Of a stretch of 64,000 nt of DNA, positions 47,979 to 61,480 are shown one piece after another. The DNA is from Amoebidium appalachense. Taxonomy: Eukaryota; Protista; Ichthyosporea. How positions within the stretch are numbered: position 1 is the stretch's first letter; every line of letters begins with the position of its first letter. The notes below the pieces were generated by a model that did no database searches, was not told the origin of the DNA, and saw nothing but the letters and a program-made list of their open reading frames with translations. The position numbers were made by a program, and so were the translations under genes. Where the stretch lies: NCBI GenBank assembly GCA_963693365.1, contig CAVNZM010000002.1, positions 5,906,259 to 5,970,258 on the forward strand. The letters are read 5' to 3'.

Positions 47979-50900
47979 TGTAAACAGTTGGACTAGTTAG
48001 GATAAGGCAGAGTACAACTGAATCAAAATAAAGACAGAGAACGGGTAGAAAGGCACACGCGGCCAGGTTGCTTTTACTATGGGCCGACTCAGTCTGTCTC
48101 AGACTTCACTGATGTGATCCCCGTACTGGGACGGCTTTCTTATATAGCCCCCAGGTTTCGGATCAAGGCCCAGGATTGGTTCATCCGCGGCCAGCGCGGG
48201 TGGCAACATGCCATTCGTGATTCTGGTGCGGTCCGAGCCAGTCAGACCTTTGTCCTATTTATGCAAACATCTTATTGGTCCACTTCGTTTATGTGGTATG
48301 CAGCGGTAGAACCATATATGGTTCACTTCTTAGGTAAGATTGATTCCTATTGGTGCGGACATAATATTTATGTGATATTCGTGACAAAGCACGAATCGTG
48401 TGCTAGTACATCACATTCTTTAGTAAACATGTACAGTTCATGTGTACAGTTGTTTACACTCCCCCCCTTGTCGGGAGCCTGGTGATGTCGTTAGACAAGC
48501 AAACCACCAGGCTGAGAGGCGATAAACAACCTTCAGCGAGAATTCTTGTGTGTGCCGAGCTGCTGGACAGAACAGAGCAAGGACGGTGGAATAGATTTGT
48601 GCACGTCTATGAGCACTTCTTCATTTGCCAAAACACAAATTCATGCAGCATTCTTCTGTGTTTTCATTTTCGTGGCGAAGATTGTTGCAGAGTGTGCGTG
48701 CGAATTGTTCGCTTCGTCTCTGTGCTTGGCTTTTTCTGTAGAAGTAATATTTTCCTTTTTGGGGAATTTTCCTTTTTAGGACACTCCCGCAGATTCGTTT
48801 TCAATTGCGAGTAATTTAGTTGTGTGGATGAATGATCATACCAAACATTCGATAATGAATATAACTCAAGCCTTAGGTCACTTCGTAGCTCAGGTAGTGG
48901 TGGATAGCTTCAAGGCTTAGCCACTGCTCCTTATCCCGGTTCTACCTTAAGACTGTAAGGCGAGTCACCATGGCCGGAAAAGCCACTTCTTTCATGAACA
49001 AAGAGCACTTCTTTCCTTTCAGCTTTAACCCTGCATCATCGGAGCCGGGAAAAACATGAATAAAAATGCCCTTAGTGTTCATCGTTGGGTGACATAAAGA
49101 AATATATCAGCCCGTTAGAACCAGTAAAACCCGGTTCATAATTCATAAGACGAGGGTAGGCAAAGCAAGCCTTATTCGTGATCAGAAAACACATGCTTCC
49201 ATTCGTGAGCAGTTTTCGTATCCCATGAGCCAGCGATTTTCGTTGAGCAGGGGGATTTCAGGCATAATACATTCTTCTGGAGGCTTGGCCTAAAAAGAAA
49301 AGTCGTCAAAGTCGCCCTTTCTTTTGTAAGCAACTTCGTGAGCGCGCCTCGTATCTTCATATCCTCCAGTGCAGGTCTGGATGGTGCCCCATCCTCTGCT
49401 TCTTTTGTAGGTGGCCCTACTGTAGGTTCTGTTCATTGTGTGTACCAAAACCATTCGTATTCGTGGAACTGCTTTGTGCTGTGCTTTCTTTCGTGTTGGT
49501 GTTCATGGATTTACCCCGCACACACACCCTACTTCTCACATACTATCAGATGTAAGTAGCTGCCTGGTGAGTGTGTGGTTCGTGTTCGTTGGACCCTTCC
49601 GTTACTTCCTAAGAAGAGCATTTCGTTTTAGCAGAGGTACCCAATAAGGCAGCTTGTGGGGTTGTCTCCCGCCTGTGCCCATTGGTGGGGTCTGTACGTG
49701 CTATAGGGTTACAGTGTCATCGGGTTTTGCCGGGGAATAACACGGCCATCTCCGTACCAGGGCCAAGGTCACATGATGGTTCAATGTATTAAACAACAAC
49801 ACCTTGCATTCTTATTCGTCCCGCAACCACACTTTCTTCACTAGTGACGGGGGGTATTCTTTATTCGAAAGGCTTCCAGCCAAAATACTGACACTGTATG
49901 CTGGTGTTGTGGGGGGAACGGTGCCCATACCACATTCTTTTATTCTGGTGGGGTTGTGCCGGCAGCAATTTTTATATTTTTGCAAGGCTCGACAGTGTAA
50001 TTCATATGTTACAGTATTGCCACAGACTGGCAAGTACCATTAAATTCGTACCCCACACCTTCGTTTGTCTTTCACATGCACGAACAAAAGTTCTGCATCG
50101 ACTTTATTAACAACATGCCTTCTGTGCACCAAGAGTGCAAATTCGTTTGGGCATGGCACCAGTAAGGGTGACGTGAGGTACTTCGTATTGTTTAGGCATG
50201 CAGGCATACATTCGTGCGCATGTTGTGCATCCTGTGCGCTAAACTATGGGGCATGCTGTATTGGAGAACAGCAAGGGATTCGAAGCATGCATGCAACACT
50301 ACTTTCATATGATCTTAGGTCCTACATGCTATAGCAACAGCGACTATCTTCTTTGTTAAGTGCATTTGTGCTGAAAGTGGCCGTGCATCTGAGTTGCGAG
50401 TGTGGACGTGCACGCAGTGGCATGGACACGATGACAGTGTGCAATAGCACAATGCACGCAAGAGCAACAGTTTCCTTTTCTTCGAAACATTGGGGCTGTG
50501 TGCATTGCAACCCAAGCAGTGTTGTGCATTCGTTCTTTTCATTTTCGTATTTTCTTTTCTCATTGCTTTCGTTTTTCGTTGCTAAAGTCGGTTCGTTATA
50601 ATTACTTCGTTTTTTCGTTGTGTATTCGTGTTTCGTTAGTTCGTATTTCTATATGCATTCGTTTTTCGTTGGTTCGTTATTTCTATGTGCATTCGTTTTT
50701 CGTAGGTTCGTTATTTCGTTGTATCTTCGTGAACAGTTCGTTTTTCGTTGGATCGTTTTTTCGTTTATAGTTCTTTATTGGTTAGTTCGTTGCTTCATTG
50801 TTTCGTAATGGATTGGGAAAGTTTTCTTTGTGCAAAGTTTTGTAGTTCTCCTTATTTAGTTATGAGTTCGTTTTTCCAACTTTCTGTACTTTCTGTATCT

Positions 50901-51559
50901 TGTCAGTGGGCTGGCCACTTCAGACGTGTCGGCGGATATTCTAGATAAGTCATTGATCGGCCATGATGAGCGATGGAGAATCTTGAACGGATTGAAAGAT
51001 GTGAGTTTCGCATTCGAAGGATGTGAGATTCTTGAAATGATTGAAAGATGTGTGAGATTCTTGTCTGCGCGGTCGCCAATGTAAACAGTTGGACTAGTTA
51101 GGATAAGGCAGAGTACAACTGAATCAAAATAAAGACAGAGAACGGGTAGAAAGGCACACGCGGCCAGGTTGCTTTTACTATGGGCCGACTCAGTCTGTCT
51201 CAGACTTCACTGATGTGATCCCCGTACTGGGACGGCTTTCTTATATAGCCCCCAGGTTTCGGATCAAGGCCCAGGATTGGTTCATCCGCGGCCAGCGCGG
51301 GTGGCAACATGCCATTCGTGATTCTGGTGCGGTCCGAGCCAGTCAGACCTTTGTCCTATTTATGCAAACATCTTATTGGTCCACTTCGTTTATGTGGTAT
51401 GCAGCGGTAGAACCATATATGGTTCACTTCTTAGGTAAGATTGATTCCTATTGGTGCGGACATAATATTTATGTGATATTCGTGACAAAGCACGAATCGT
51501 GTGCTAGTACATCACATTCTTTAGTAAACATGTACAGTTCATGTGTACAGTTGTTTACA
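47979..51559 (-). mobile_element. Non-autonomous Ty3/gypsy-derived LTR element nested in the Copia
   Basis: 480-bp LTRs 47979-48458 and 51080-51559 appear identical, with TGTAAACA...TGTTTACA ends. TSD GGTAG at 47974-47978 and 51560-51564. PBS TGGCGACCGCG; [16 protein letters not shown] remnant AGLKLKGKKCSLFMKEVAF near 49000. No long ORF. Confidence 0.93.
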
Positions 51560-54160
51560 GGTAGCTTACTGAAAGAGAGCCGGGCTTGCTTCCCTCTCGC
51601 GCATCCCTCGCACACACCGTCATCCTGGGGTTTGCAGTCGATGCACAGACCCTCGACGATGTTTTCTTTAACCATCTTCTGTAGCGTGTTTATTGCCACA
51701 TGACCAAACCGCCGGTGCCATAAACTGGCGCTGCCCTTTACCGGCTCACACACGGTGTTACCCCCACTGCTGCCGACTGCAGTGGTCACCATGTTCACGC
51801 TCTCACATACGGGTTTCACTAGGAGACGATACAGGCCTCCCTCCACTACCCCACGGGCCACAACTTGGCCATCTGTGGCACTCTCAATCGTACACTGTCG
51901 ACCGTCGGTGATGCCTCTTAACCCGTGCTTGCCGGCGCTTGAAGCCGACATCACGTTAGTTCCAAATGCTGGCACGTACAGCACATTCTGCAGTCTAAAT
52001 GTCATGCTGTTGCCCTGGAACTCACTTGTTAATCTTACGACGCCTATTCCTAGCGCCATCACACCCGGGGTGTTACCCAGAGCGACGGGTTTGGGTGTGA
52101 TCGACCGGAAGTCTTCCATCCAGTCCTTTCGGCATGTGACATGGGAGGTTGCGCCGCAGTCCCAATACCACTCAGTTGAAGAAGGGAGTCCGCTGTTTAC
52201 CGCCATGGCGAGTATCTCCTTGGAAGCTCCGTTCTGCTTCGCCTTGTCGCCGCGATTGCCGCCCTTCTTCTTCTTTGGACACTGTGACTTGTAGTGCCCA
52301 AACTTGTGACATTTGTAACACTCCACCTTGGATATGTCAGTCACGCGCGGCTTGCCGGTGTCCTGTCGTGGCGTACCGCCGCGCCATTGGGTGCTGGTCA
52401 TCATCACCCGCTGCTGTTCCCTTGCAGCCTCGTTCTCCTCAAAACCACGCAGCTTGGCGATTATCTTTTCCATTGTCTTCTCAGCTGCTGGTAAAGCTTG
52501 AATGGTCCTAACGTCGGTGCGGAATCGGTCGTCAGCGCCTACACCGTCCAGGAATTTCTCGGCAACCATGTCCTCACTAACTCCATTGGGATCGATATGA
52601 AGAAGATCCTGCACAATGCACTCCAGGCGGGCCGCATACTCCAGCACGCTTTCCGTCGGCATCATATCAGCACGCCAGAACTGTTGAATCAACATTCTCT
52701 TGTGCTCATCTGTGTTGCGCGCAGCGTATGATGCTACCGTATCCCATATGTCCTTGGGATTTCCTACGGCAATAGCTCGCCGACACAGGCTTGCAGGTAC
52801 ATCACCTAGTGTCTCCACCAGGTAGGAAGTCGCCTTCTTCTGATCCAAGGGGTCGATCTCCACCGGAGGTTGCTCCACCGGTTCGCCGTCCTCTCCTATC
52901 ACTTCAGGAGCCACGTCTTCAATCGTGTACCATAATTCCTCGTCCTCGAGGAAGCACTTCATGCGCATGGCCCACATTGAGTAGGAGATTTTGCCCTTGC
53001 CTTCTCCTTCATACATGGGAACTGGACATTTTGCTCTTCCCATCTTGTCTCAACAGTCGCTTGATCGTAGCGTTGCACTGGGCCCATAACCGTAACTTAG
53101 AGGTTTCTCTGTGAGACTTTATTATTTGCTGACTTCCATTGACTGGCCCGCCGGGACCTTTATATACTTGTGGTCTGGCTCACTGGAATGTTACATACTA
53201 TTCCCGATTGGTCTACCCGCCGCTATGGATCTAGTTGCTACCAATCAAAACACTCCAATAGAATCTTCTAGACTCTTCTAGATCTATCCTGATCTATCGT
53301 GAACCTATCCACCAGTTTATCCCGAATATCTCGAATATTCCCGATCACTAGTGCTACGCTAACGCAGGGCATACCGGATGGCTATCCTGTTCGACACCCC
53401 CAACGTGTACTCGTATGCAACAAAGAACGACACTGTGCCCGTGCGCACCCCCACAGCAAACATGGCTAAACGCTACCGTGTGGCCCCGTATGTGCATGCT
53501 GGCCCCCCAGCCCCCTACCTCCCCTCACAACCCCCAAGCAAATTCACATTCGCTTACGTGCATACGCTAGCGTGAGTGCGTGATTGCGCACACGCACACT
53601 GCTAAACAAGCACTTTGATCACAGTATCACAGTGCGCATGCCATGTGCGCGCGCACACACACACACGCACACGACATAGACACACAAGAAAACCTTCTAG
53701 CACACATACACGGACATGTGTGCGTGTAAACACACACGCACATAGTATTACGAACACATTGTATGATACTATTAGACAAAACACACACGCCCACCACACA
53801 CAGTCACGCACACACATACACACATGTGCATTCATCATTCCATATTTTATCCTTCGATGGCATCGGGTTCGACCACCACTCTGCATCTTCCTAACATCTA
53901 AATGAGCAGGAGGCAAACGGGCTGGTGATGGTCTTTGTGCGTGATAGGGGGGAGGAGGGGGGAGGGGGGGGAGATGGGGGAAGGGAAGAACGAGTAAAAA
54001 CAGCGAAAGGGAATGATATCAAGCCGGATGGGAAAAACTAAAAAGAGACCAGGAGAGACCCAATCATCGTTCGCATTGATGTCACAGTGACATGATAGAG
54101 GCAGGCGGTGGCGGCGGCAGCAGGGGGAGGAAGGGGGGAGAAAGGGGGGAGGGGCGAGGG

Positions 54161-54192
<32 letters not shown>

Positions 54193-56423
54193 GCTATCAC
54201 CTGGCCTGGTTTGATAGAAGCATATGACTAGTTATCAGGGGCCATTTCTGAATCGTTTCCTAATCCACAATATACCCTGTATATAACACAACTAATTAGA
54301 AATCTATCCCCTTCTACTATGCAAGACCCCTCCCTCCCCCCGCCCCCCTTCCCCCTCCCCCTCTCCCCCCATCCCCATCCCCCCCCCCCCCCCCCCCCCC
54401 CCCCTCTCCCCCGGCAAAAAAAAAAAAAAAAAAAAAGAAAAAAACCAACTAACCCCCACAATACTGACCACCCGCAATCACATGCAGTGCGTCCATGGAC
54501 GTGGCAACAGTGGGCAACCCCGGTGCCAGTGCCGAGTTTTTAGTTGTGTGGACACCCATGAACATGGAGGTGGACGGTGCTGACGAGGAGACGACCATGT
54601 TTGAAATGACAAAGGCGTTGCAAGAGTTGGTGTGTAGGAGGGAAATGCAGGGGGGTAGGCCCATAATCACAGAGATAAGGGATATTGGCTGGCCAGATGT
54701 GTTTAAGGGGGGTATGGGACCGGATATGGGAGGTGAGCAGATAGATGTGATGCTTGTGGGCAGCACGCAAATGGCGAACTTGGTGGCATTGGGGGCGGTG
54801 AGGAGCCTCAATCCGTTCATCAAGCAGAGGATGACAGACACGGGCAGAGATTTGACATTGGACATACCTGTGGGCGCTTATACGGACTACAACATTATGG
54901 ACCAGTGGTATGCTGGTAGGTGGCCTCCTCCACTAATTTATAGGCAGTTAGCACACTCAGGTGTGCACCTACGGGCACCACTCGAACAACATATGCACAC
55001 GCACATTCGCACGCACCCACCATACTCTTGCATAACTTTATCTAGCACACATGCTTGGTTAAAAACCTCTAAGTGCGCACGCACGGATTGCCCACACGGG
55101 TGACCGTCTCCTACATCGACACTTAGAAGAAGCAGTATGCACGTGGGTCTCTCACATGCATGCAGGGGTGGTGTTGTGTGTGTGTGTGGGGGGGGGGGGG
55201 GGGGGGGGAAGGGGGGGGGGGGGGGGGATTGAGGCACTACCCGCCTGCATGTATTGGTGCTGACACATGCACACAGTGCCGTTCATTGGGGGGCAGGCCA
55301 ACCTCTACTACAACCGCACCACATTTAAGAGGTTGGGCCTCAAGATGCCCCCCCTGAGGGGGACTGGGGCCACCCATACACAGACAACTGGTCGTGGCAG
55401 GCCTTTGTGGAGACAGCACGCAACATCACCAATTCATTAAAGAAGCCATCGGTACAGCTGGAAATGAGCTGGAACTCAGACTTCACCCAATTGGCTGCAA
55501 TGGCTAGGTCCATGGGTGGGTTTGTCTTTAAGCAGGACGAAGGGGATGCTCTAAAGTGCGGCATGACCCAAGATGGCAAGTTTGTGGCTGCTATGGAGCG
55601 CACTGTTCTGCAGATGATTAAAGATGGGTCGCTGGACTATGGCATAGTGGATGAGAAGGAAGATCAGTTCTTAAAGTGGCGCCAAAACTACACCCTAGAC
55701 AGGAGCAACTGGGATCATGATGAGCCCCCCCTGTGGGGCATAGATATGGACCCCAAAACACACCCGGTATCACCTCTTCCCCCCCCCCTGCCCCCCAGCC
55801 CACATCCCCCCCGTCCCCCCTCACCCATTCCCCGGTTCTTTTTCTCCGTCGTGCTCACTAAATAGACTCATTTATTCTTCGTTTCTTTTCTTTGCCTACC
55901 GCTCCCCCCTTTCCCTCTTAATCCTCTCATCACCCTTAGTTTCTATCCGCACATGCGCTCTCCCCCTAGACCGTTCAAATCCCCTCGTGCAATAATTCCT
56001 CCTCCCCGGTTGTGCTCCAACACAACCCCTACCTCCCACAACACTCCTACGGGGATTAAACCTACAAGGAAATACGTGTTTGTAAACCAAGATGGGTGGT
56101 TTTAGAGTTTAGGGTAAACAGCCATTAGGCCCCCTCCCTCTTTCTGGCCTTTCTGCACATCCCATTCTCCCCTTCGCAATGCTCTCCGTTTGCCAACTCT
56201 TTCCTTCCCTCCCCCCCCTAACCTGCCTCCTGTTCTCGTCTTTGCCCCCCACGTTTCCCCTTTGTGTGTCTCTTCGCGGTTCAAGCCCCCCAACCTCTGA
56301 TGGGTTACAACCATTGGTCTCTCGGTAGACGCCTTGCTTCGTTGCACACAGTGCACGAGGCAGCTGGCTGTGGAAGAGTATATGAGGTTTTCTGTGGCCC
56401 ATGTTTGCTTTGGGAACAGGTAC

Positions 56424-56456
<33 letters not shown>

Positions 56457-56507
56457 ACCACCACCACCACCTCCACCACCACCACCTTTCAGCACACGCG
56501 CACGCGT

Positions 56508-56634
<127 letters not shown>

Positions 56635-59550
56635 TACGGCATGCTGTTCACGGAGCATGCCTTCATCTACATGCGGCCGTACATGAGTGACCCGGACCGC
56701 GAGATAGCAATGGGTCTGGCCCCTGGTGGGCCCACATTCGAGGGTGGTGAGGCCCTAGTGATCACCAGCCAGAAAGGGGTTAATACGACCCTAGCATGGG
56801 AGTATGTGAGCATGCTTATCGACCAGCGTAACCCATATATGGCAACTATCGCCATGGCAACGGCCCTAGTGCCCCCTTACGTAAGCATGCAGTCGACTGC
56901 CCCCTTCAACACCCCTGCATGGGACGTGGCATTTCGTCAGCTGCAAAATGCCGTTCCCACACCATACCCGTACAGAGCGCCACCGACCATGGGGGATATC
57001 GAGTATGCTAAGCCCCTGCGCACCATGATGCTGGAGATCATGTACATGAATGTAAGCCATTATCTCCCCCTTGGCCCGTGTCTCGCCTGACTAAGATTCC
57101 CCTCCCCTCCCAACCCCCTCCCTCCCCCCTCCCCCCTCCCCCCTGCCCCCCCACGCACACACATACACACCCCTCTCCCCCTATGTGTAAATGCATACCA
57201 GTGCCATTCCCTTGGCACAAGCCTTTCACCAACAACCCTACAGCTTTTACACACATATGTTGCAACCACAACCCCTCCCCCCCCCCCCCCCCCCCCCCCC
57301 ACCAACAACACACACACACCCTTTTCCTCGCGCCTCTCCCTCCATCCCCATCTTTCCCTGCCTAGCAGTCCCTAATCATCACCTTCAAGCACTTATGGAC
57401 ACCCACCTCTCCATCTTCCACTACGTACTAGCCCCCTGGGCCACCCACTGCTCTCCGTATTAACACCCCCCCCCCCCCTCCCCCCCCCCCCCCCCCCCTT
57501 CCCCCCTCCCTTCCCCTCCCCCCTCCCCCAGCGCACGGTCAGTGATGCGGTATCGTATGCCTGCACCCAGCTGGACCGGCTACTCCTTCCTCTGTGCAGC
57601 AACAGCAGCCTGGCCATGCAGCCCCCAGGCCAGTGCTCACCCTCCACGGGCCAGCTGACCGTGACCCTGCAGACCGACCTGACCACGTGCAGGCTGAGCA
57701 CTGGCATGCAGATCGTCACCCTAGACTACACCGTGGACTGCAGATACCTCGAAGGGGGCACCGTGGTGGGCCGGGCCATGCAGGGTCTAGGGGGTGCTGG
57801 TATGGCACTGTCTATGGGGACCATGTGCATGGTGTTGGGGCATAGGGGACATAAGGCCGTGCGCAGTGCCAGCTGGCTGTGGTGCTGTGTGATCTTATTG
57901 GGCGCCACATTTGCCTTTTTGGGCGTGGCCCTGTTGCCTGGCCCACCAAATGGAAGGCTGCTTGCGGCCGTGTGGCTGCTGGCTTTGGGCTATGGCAGTA
58001 TGTTTGGAGGTGAGTCATAGCAGCCCACGCATGCAACCATTGCGGCTGCTCAATATGAGCTGCACGTGCACACACCTACCACCCATCCCTATCAGCATGC
58101 ACATGCGTCGTGAGGGCACCCACCAACATGCACGCACGAGGCAGGCACCAGCATGCATGCCCCTATGCAAACCCACCAGCATGCATGTCGGTGAACGCAC
58201 CCACAAACATGCACGCACGTGCACACGCCCACCCCCATGCATGCAGAGGCATACATCCTGCAAGTGCACCAGTGGCACGGCCATGCTCGTGTACAAAGTC
58301 ACCCCTCACCCTTTCTCCATGACCATAACCCACTGCTGTGAGCAGGCAGCAGCCTCATTCATCCACCTTATTACCTCTACATCAACACCATCACCCGCAC
58401 ATACACGCCATCACCAAAAACTTCACGCATCATGACCCCGAGCATTATTGTGTTTGAATCCCCCCCCCCCCCCCCCCCCCTCCCCTCCCCCCCAACCCCA
58501 TCCCTCCTCCCTGGGCCAAAACAAATCGACCGTCGAACTGTCCTTCCATCCCCCCTCCCCTCCACCCACTGTGATCTTTGATCTTCGCTGTGCCTCCCCA
58601 CCCTCTCTGTCCCTTGCCACTCTCCCTCCCTGCCTCTCCCTCCCCCCCCCTCCCCCCTCTCCCTCCTGGCATTCCCTCTTATTCTGCCCGGACATCTTTG
58701 CCCACCCATCACCCTCCCGGCTGCCTTTGTGTCCGCTTCTCTTGTGCCTCACATTCTCCCTCCCCCCCCCCCCCCCTCCCCCTCTCTCCGTTCCCTTGTT
58801 CCAAGCACGTACCTTGTCGTTCACTCAATCCCCCCCCCCCCCCCCCCTCCTCCTCCCTCCCTCCTTCCCCCCCCCCCCCCCCCCCCTACTTCCCCCCCCA
58901 CACACCAATCCACCCACCCACCAACTCACCCACCGAACCCCTACAGGGCTTATTGTTAAGCTGTGGCGCGTCGATCGAGGTAAGAATCCCTCCCCCCCCC
59001 CCCCCCCCCCCCCCCCCCCTCTCCCTCCCTCCCAGGACCACGGTGTTTCTGCACAACCCATCACACAAAGCACATCGGGCTCTACTCTATGTTTCTGCTA
59101 ACAGATGATAAATAATGCAACGGCTGAGACAGAGTGATTGAATATTTGCACGCGGCTGGGGCAAGGGCCAGGGATGGGGGGGGAGGGGGGGGGGGGGAGG
59201 GGGGATCCATTTGAAAGATTTTTAATTGTGGGTGTGCCTAATCTTAATAACGCAGAAGTCATGGGAAGAGGGTGTTCTTTAGATGGAGAAAACGGAGCTC
59301 TAAGCGGTGAGGTTATTAGCGGGTGGATGGGCTGGTGAATGCTTGGGTGGTTGTGTGCTTGCGGCTGTCCATGTGTTGAGTTTGTTCAGCGTAACACGGG
59401 GGGGAGGGAGGGGGGAGGGGTCTGCCTGGGGAGGTCTGGAGGTTTGTGGTGTGGTGGGTGGCCACAAGTGGGTGGTGGCCAGGTGTGGGTGGACTGGTTG
59501 CTTGTGTGTGCCTGTGTGCCTGTCTGAAGCTGTGTGCGTGTTTGGGGGCG

Positions 59551-59584
<34 letters not shown>

Positions 59585-61447
59585 GGGGGGAGAGGGGGGG
59601 GGGGGGGGGGGGGGGATTTATTGGTGGCTGGTGGTGGGTACGTGAGGGTCGGTGGGTGTCCGTTGTGCACATCTGTTCATGTGCGTGTGTGAAGTGTGCA
59701 TGCATGTATGTTTAGCCGGGGCAGGGGGCGGGGAGAGGGGGGGGAGGGAGGGGGGAGGAGGGGCTCTGCACCATGGTGAGGCAATCCTCATTTCTAACTT
59801 CGGGCCCCCAGTGTTCTCGATGGGGGCCAGAGGCATGCGGGGCATGCGGCTGACTGACGCCATCCTGCTGCCACGGTTTCTCCTGGTTATGGGGGGGGAG
59901 GTGGTGTGCCTGCTCCTAGTTACCTTTTTGGGCAAGGTGGGGGGGTCTATCAGTGAGGCCTCGCTCGATTTGGAAGGTGGACAGAGGCACCACGTGGGGT
60001 TGCTAGTACCACGTGGGGGCACCGTGGGCCCTGGCCGTCCTATTGGTCTACAATGCCGTGCTGATGGTGGTGTGCTGTGGCATGAGCTTCAGAATCAGGC
60101 AGGTGCCCAGCGACTTTAAGGAGGTAAGGGCGGGGGGCGGAGGGGGGGGGGGGGGAGGGGGGGGGGGGGGAAGGGGGGGAGGGGGGAGTGCATGCTCATT
60201 GCACACCGGCCGAGCACACACGGAAAAATTTTAAGTTAACCCACACATTTCCACACATGTGTATGTGGATGTGCACACACAGGAGCGCGGTAACATGATC
60301 CTTGGGCATATCCCCACACACACAATCGTGTGTCCGCGCTTATAATTGAGGCATGTCAGGTGTGGAGACACAGGCACATATCCCTGGGCCAGTGCCTGGG
60401 CAGTGAACACACACATGTGCATGTGCATCACACGGGGACATGTTGATCACATGTGCATGCGCATACATTTGCACACATGTTCCGTTTGATTTATGCCAGA
60501 TGTAAACACACAAGCACAGATGGGCAGGCACATACATATCCCCGCACACGTGCACTCGTTCCTGAACCAGCGACCCCCCTCCCCTCCCCCTCTCCCTGAC
60601 CCCCCACCTTCCACCCCTCCCCTTCCCCCCCCCCACCACCACCAATCACCACCTCCCCCCGGCCTTCCCCGCCACCACCCCCCCCCTCCCCCCCCCCCTC
60701 CCCCCTCCCCCCCCCTCCTCCCCCCACCGCTCCCCTCCCCACCTCCCCCTCTCCTCAACCGCCGCCCCCACACGCCTACACACCCACCCACCCCGACCCG
60801 TACCCTCGGGCATACAACTAACAGCATTCCCCCTTCTCCCCCCCCCCCCCCCTCCCCCCATCCCCCCAAGAACCGGTTCATGCTAGCCGTAGCCAATCAA
60901 ATGGCCATGTGCGGTGTGATACTGGTGCCGGCAGGATTTCTTCTTTAGGCGCACAGTGTGACCCTGATGACGTTGGTGGGCTTTGTGCTGCTTTTTGCCA
61001 CGTGTTTTGTGGTGGTGGTGCTGATGTTCCCCAAGTTGGCTGCTGCGGTGGACCTGTACCACTTCACCAGTCTGATCAGCAGCCGCACAAAGAGGTCCTC
61101 TGAGACTGGCTCAGACCCTAGACCTCGCACCTCTGGAAACGGCTCAGACAAGAACATGGTAACACCCATCCTCCCCCCGCCATCACCACCCACCAAAAAA
61201 AAAAAAAAGAAAGAAAAGAAAGAAAGAAAGAAAAAGAAAAAGTAGGAAAGAAGAAAGGAAAGAAAGAAAGAACAGAAAAAGTTAACGAGAAACAGATAGG
61301 CAAAATATTCATAAATCGAACATGTACCTTGTTCACGTGCATACATGCCCGCATACATCAGTAGGTGCTACTAGCTGCACAGATCTTGCTAGACTGGTCC
61401 TATAATTCTCACAGTGACCCTGCACTGCTCTTTTGGTTCATGTGTAC

Positions 61448-61480
<33 letters not shown>

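Larger units (their letters stand above)
46010..53043 (-). pseudogene. Interrupted Copia gag-protease-integrase polyprotein plus an RNase H tail
   Basis: Gag with CYKCHKFGHYKSQC knuckle, protease WYWDCGATSH, LWHRRFGH...CEGC, integrase VHSDVAGP / LRSDNGGEY / TPEQNGVAER, HLRVFGS. After DPVTLEEAISRP the sequence jumps (about 46178) to KHIDVQYH...ADMCTKAL, so RT is missing. Confidence 0.95.
45568..53396 (-). mobile_element. Ty1/Copia LTR retrotransposon, defective (RT deleted), carrying a nested insertion
   Basis: LTRs 45568-45873 and 53091/2-53396 differ by 2 internal substitutions plus the PBS-side terminal base. TSD CCCCC at 45563-45567 and 53397-53401. PBS GGTTATGGGCCCAG (53091-53078). PPT-like AAGTGGGGG next to the 3' LTR. 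Confidence 0.97.

Noticed and set aside
48114-51703. Duplicated ORF MIPVLGRLSYIAPRF...
   Set aside because: Antisense reading of the two gypsy LTRs from a GTG start; no recognisable domain.
56285-56419. Extra GPCR exon ending at GAACAG/GTAC
   Set aside because: The flanking exons already join in phase 0, and I found no convincing phase-compatible acceptor.
60004-60948. TAG reassigned to an amino acid (non-standard genetic code)
   Set aside because: TAG ends the EF-hand gene at the family-typical C-terminus and also ends the GH114 and GPCR frames. The affected gene is independently broken by a Copia insertion.
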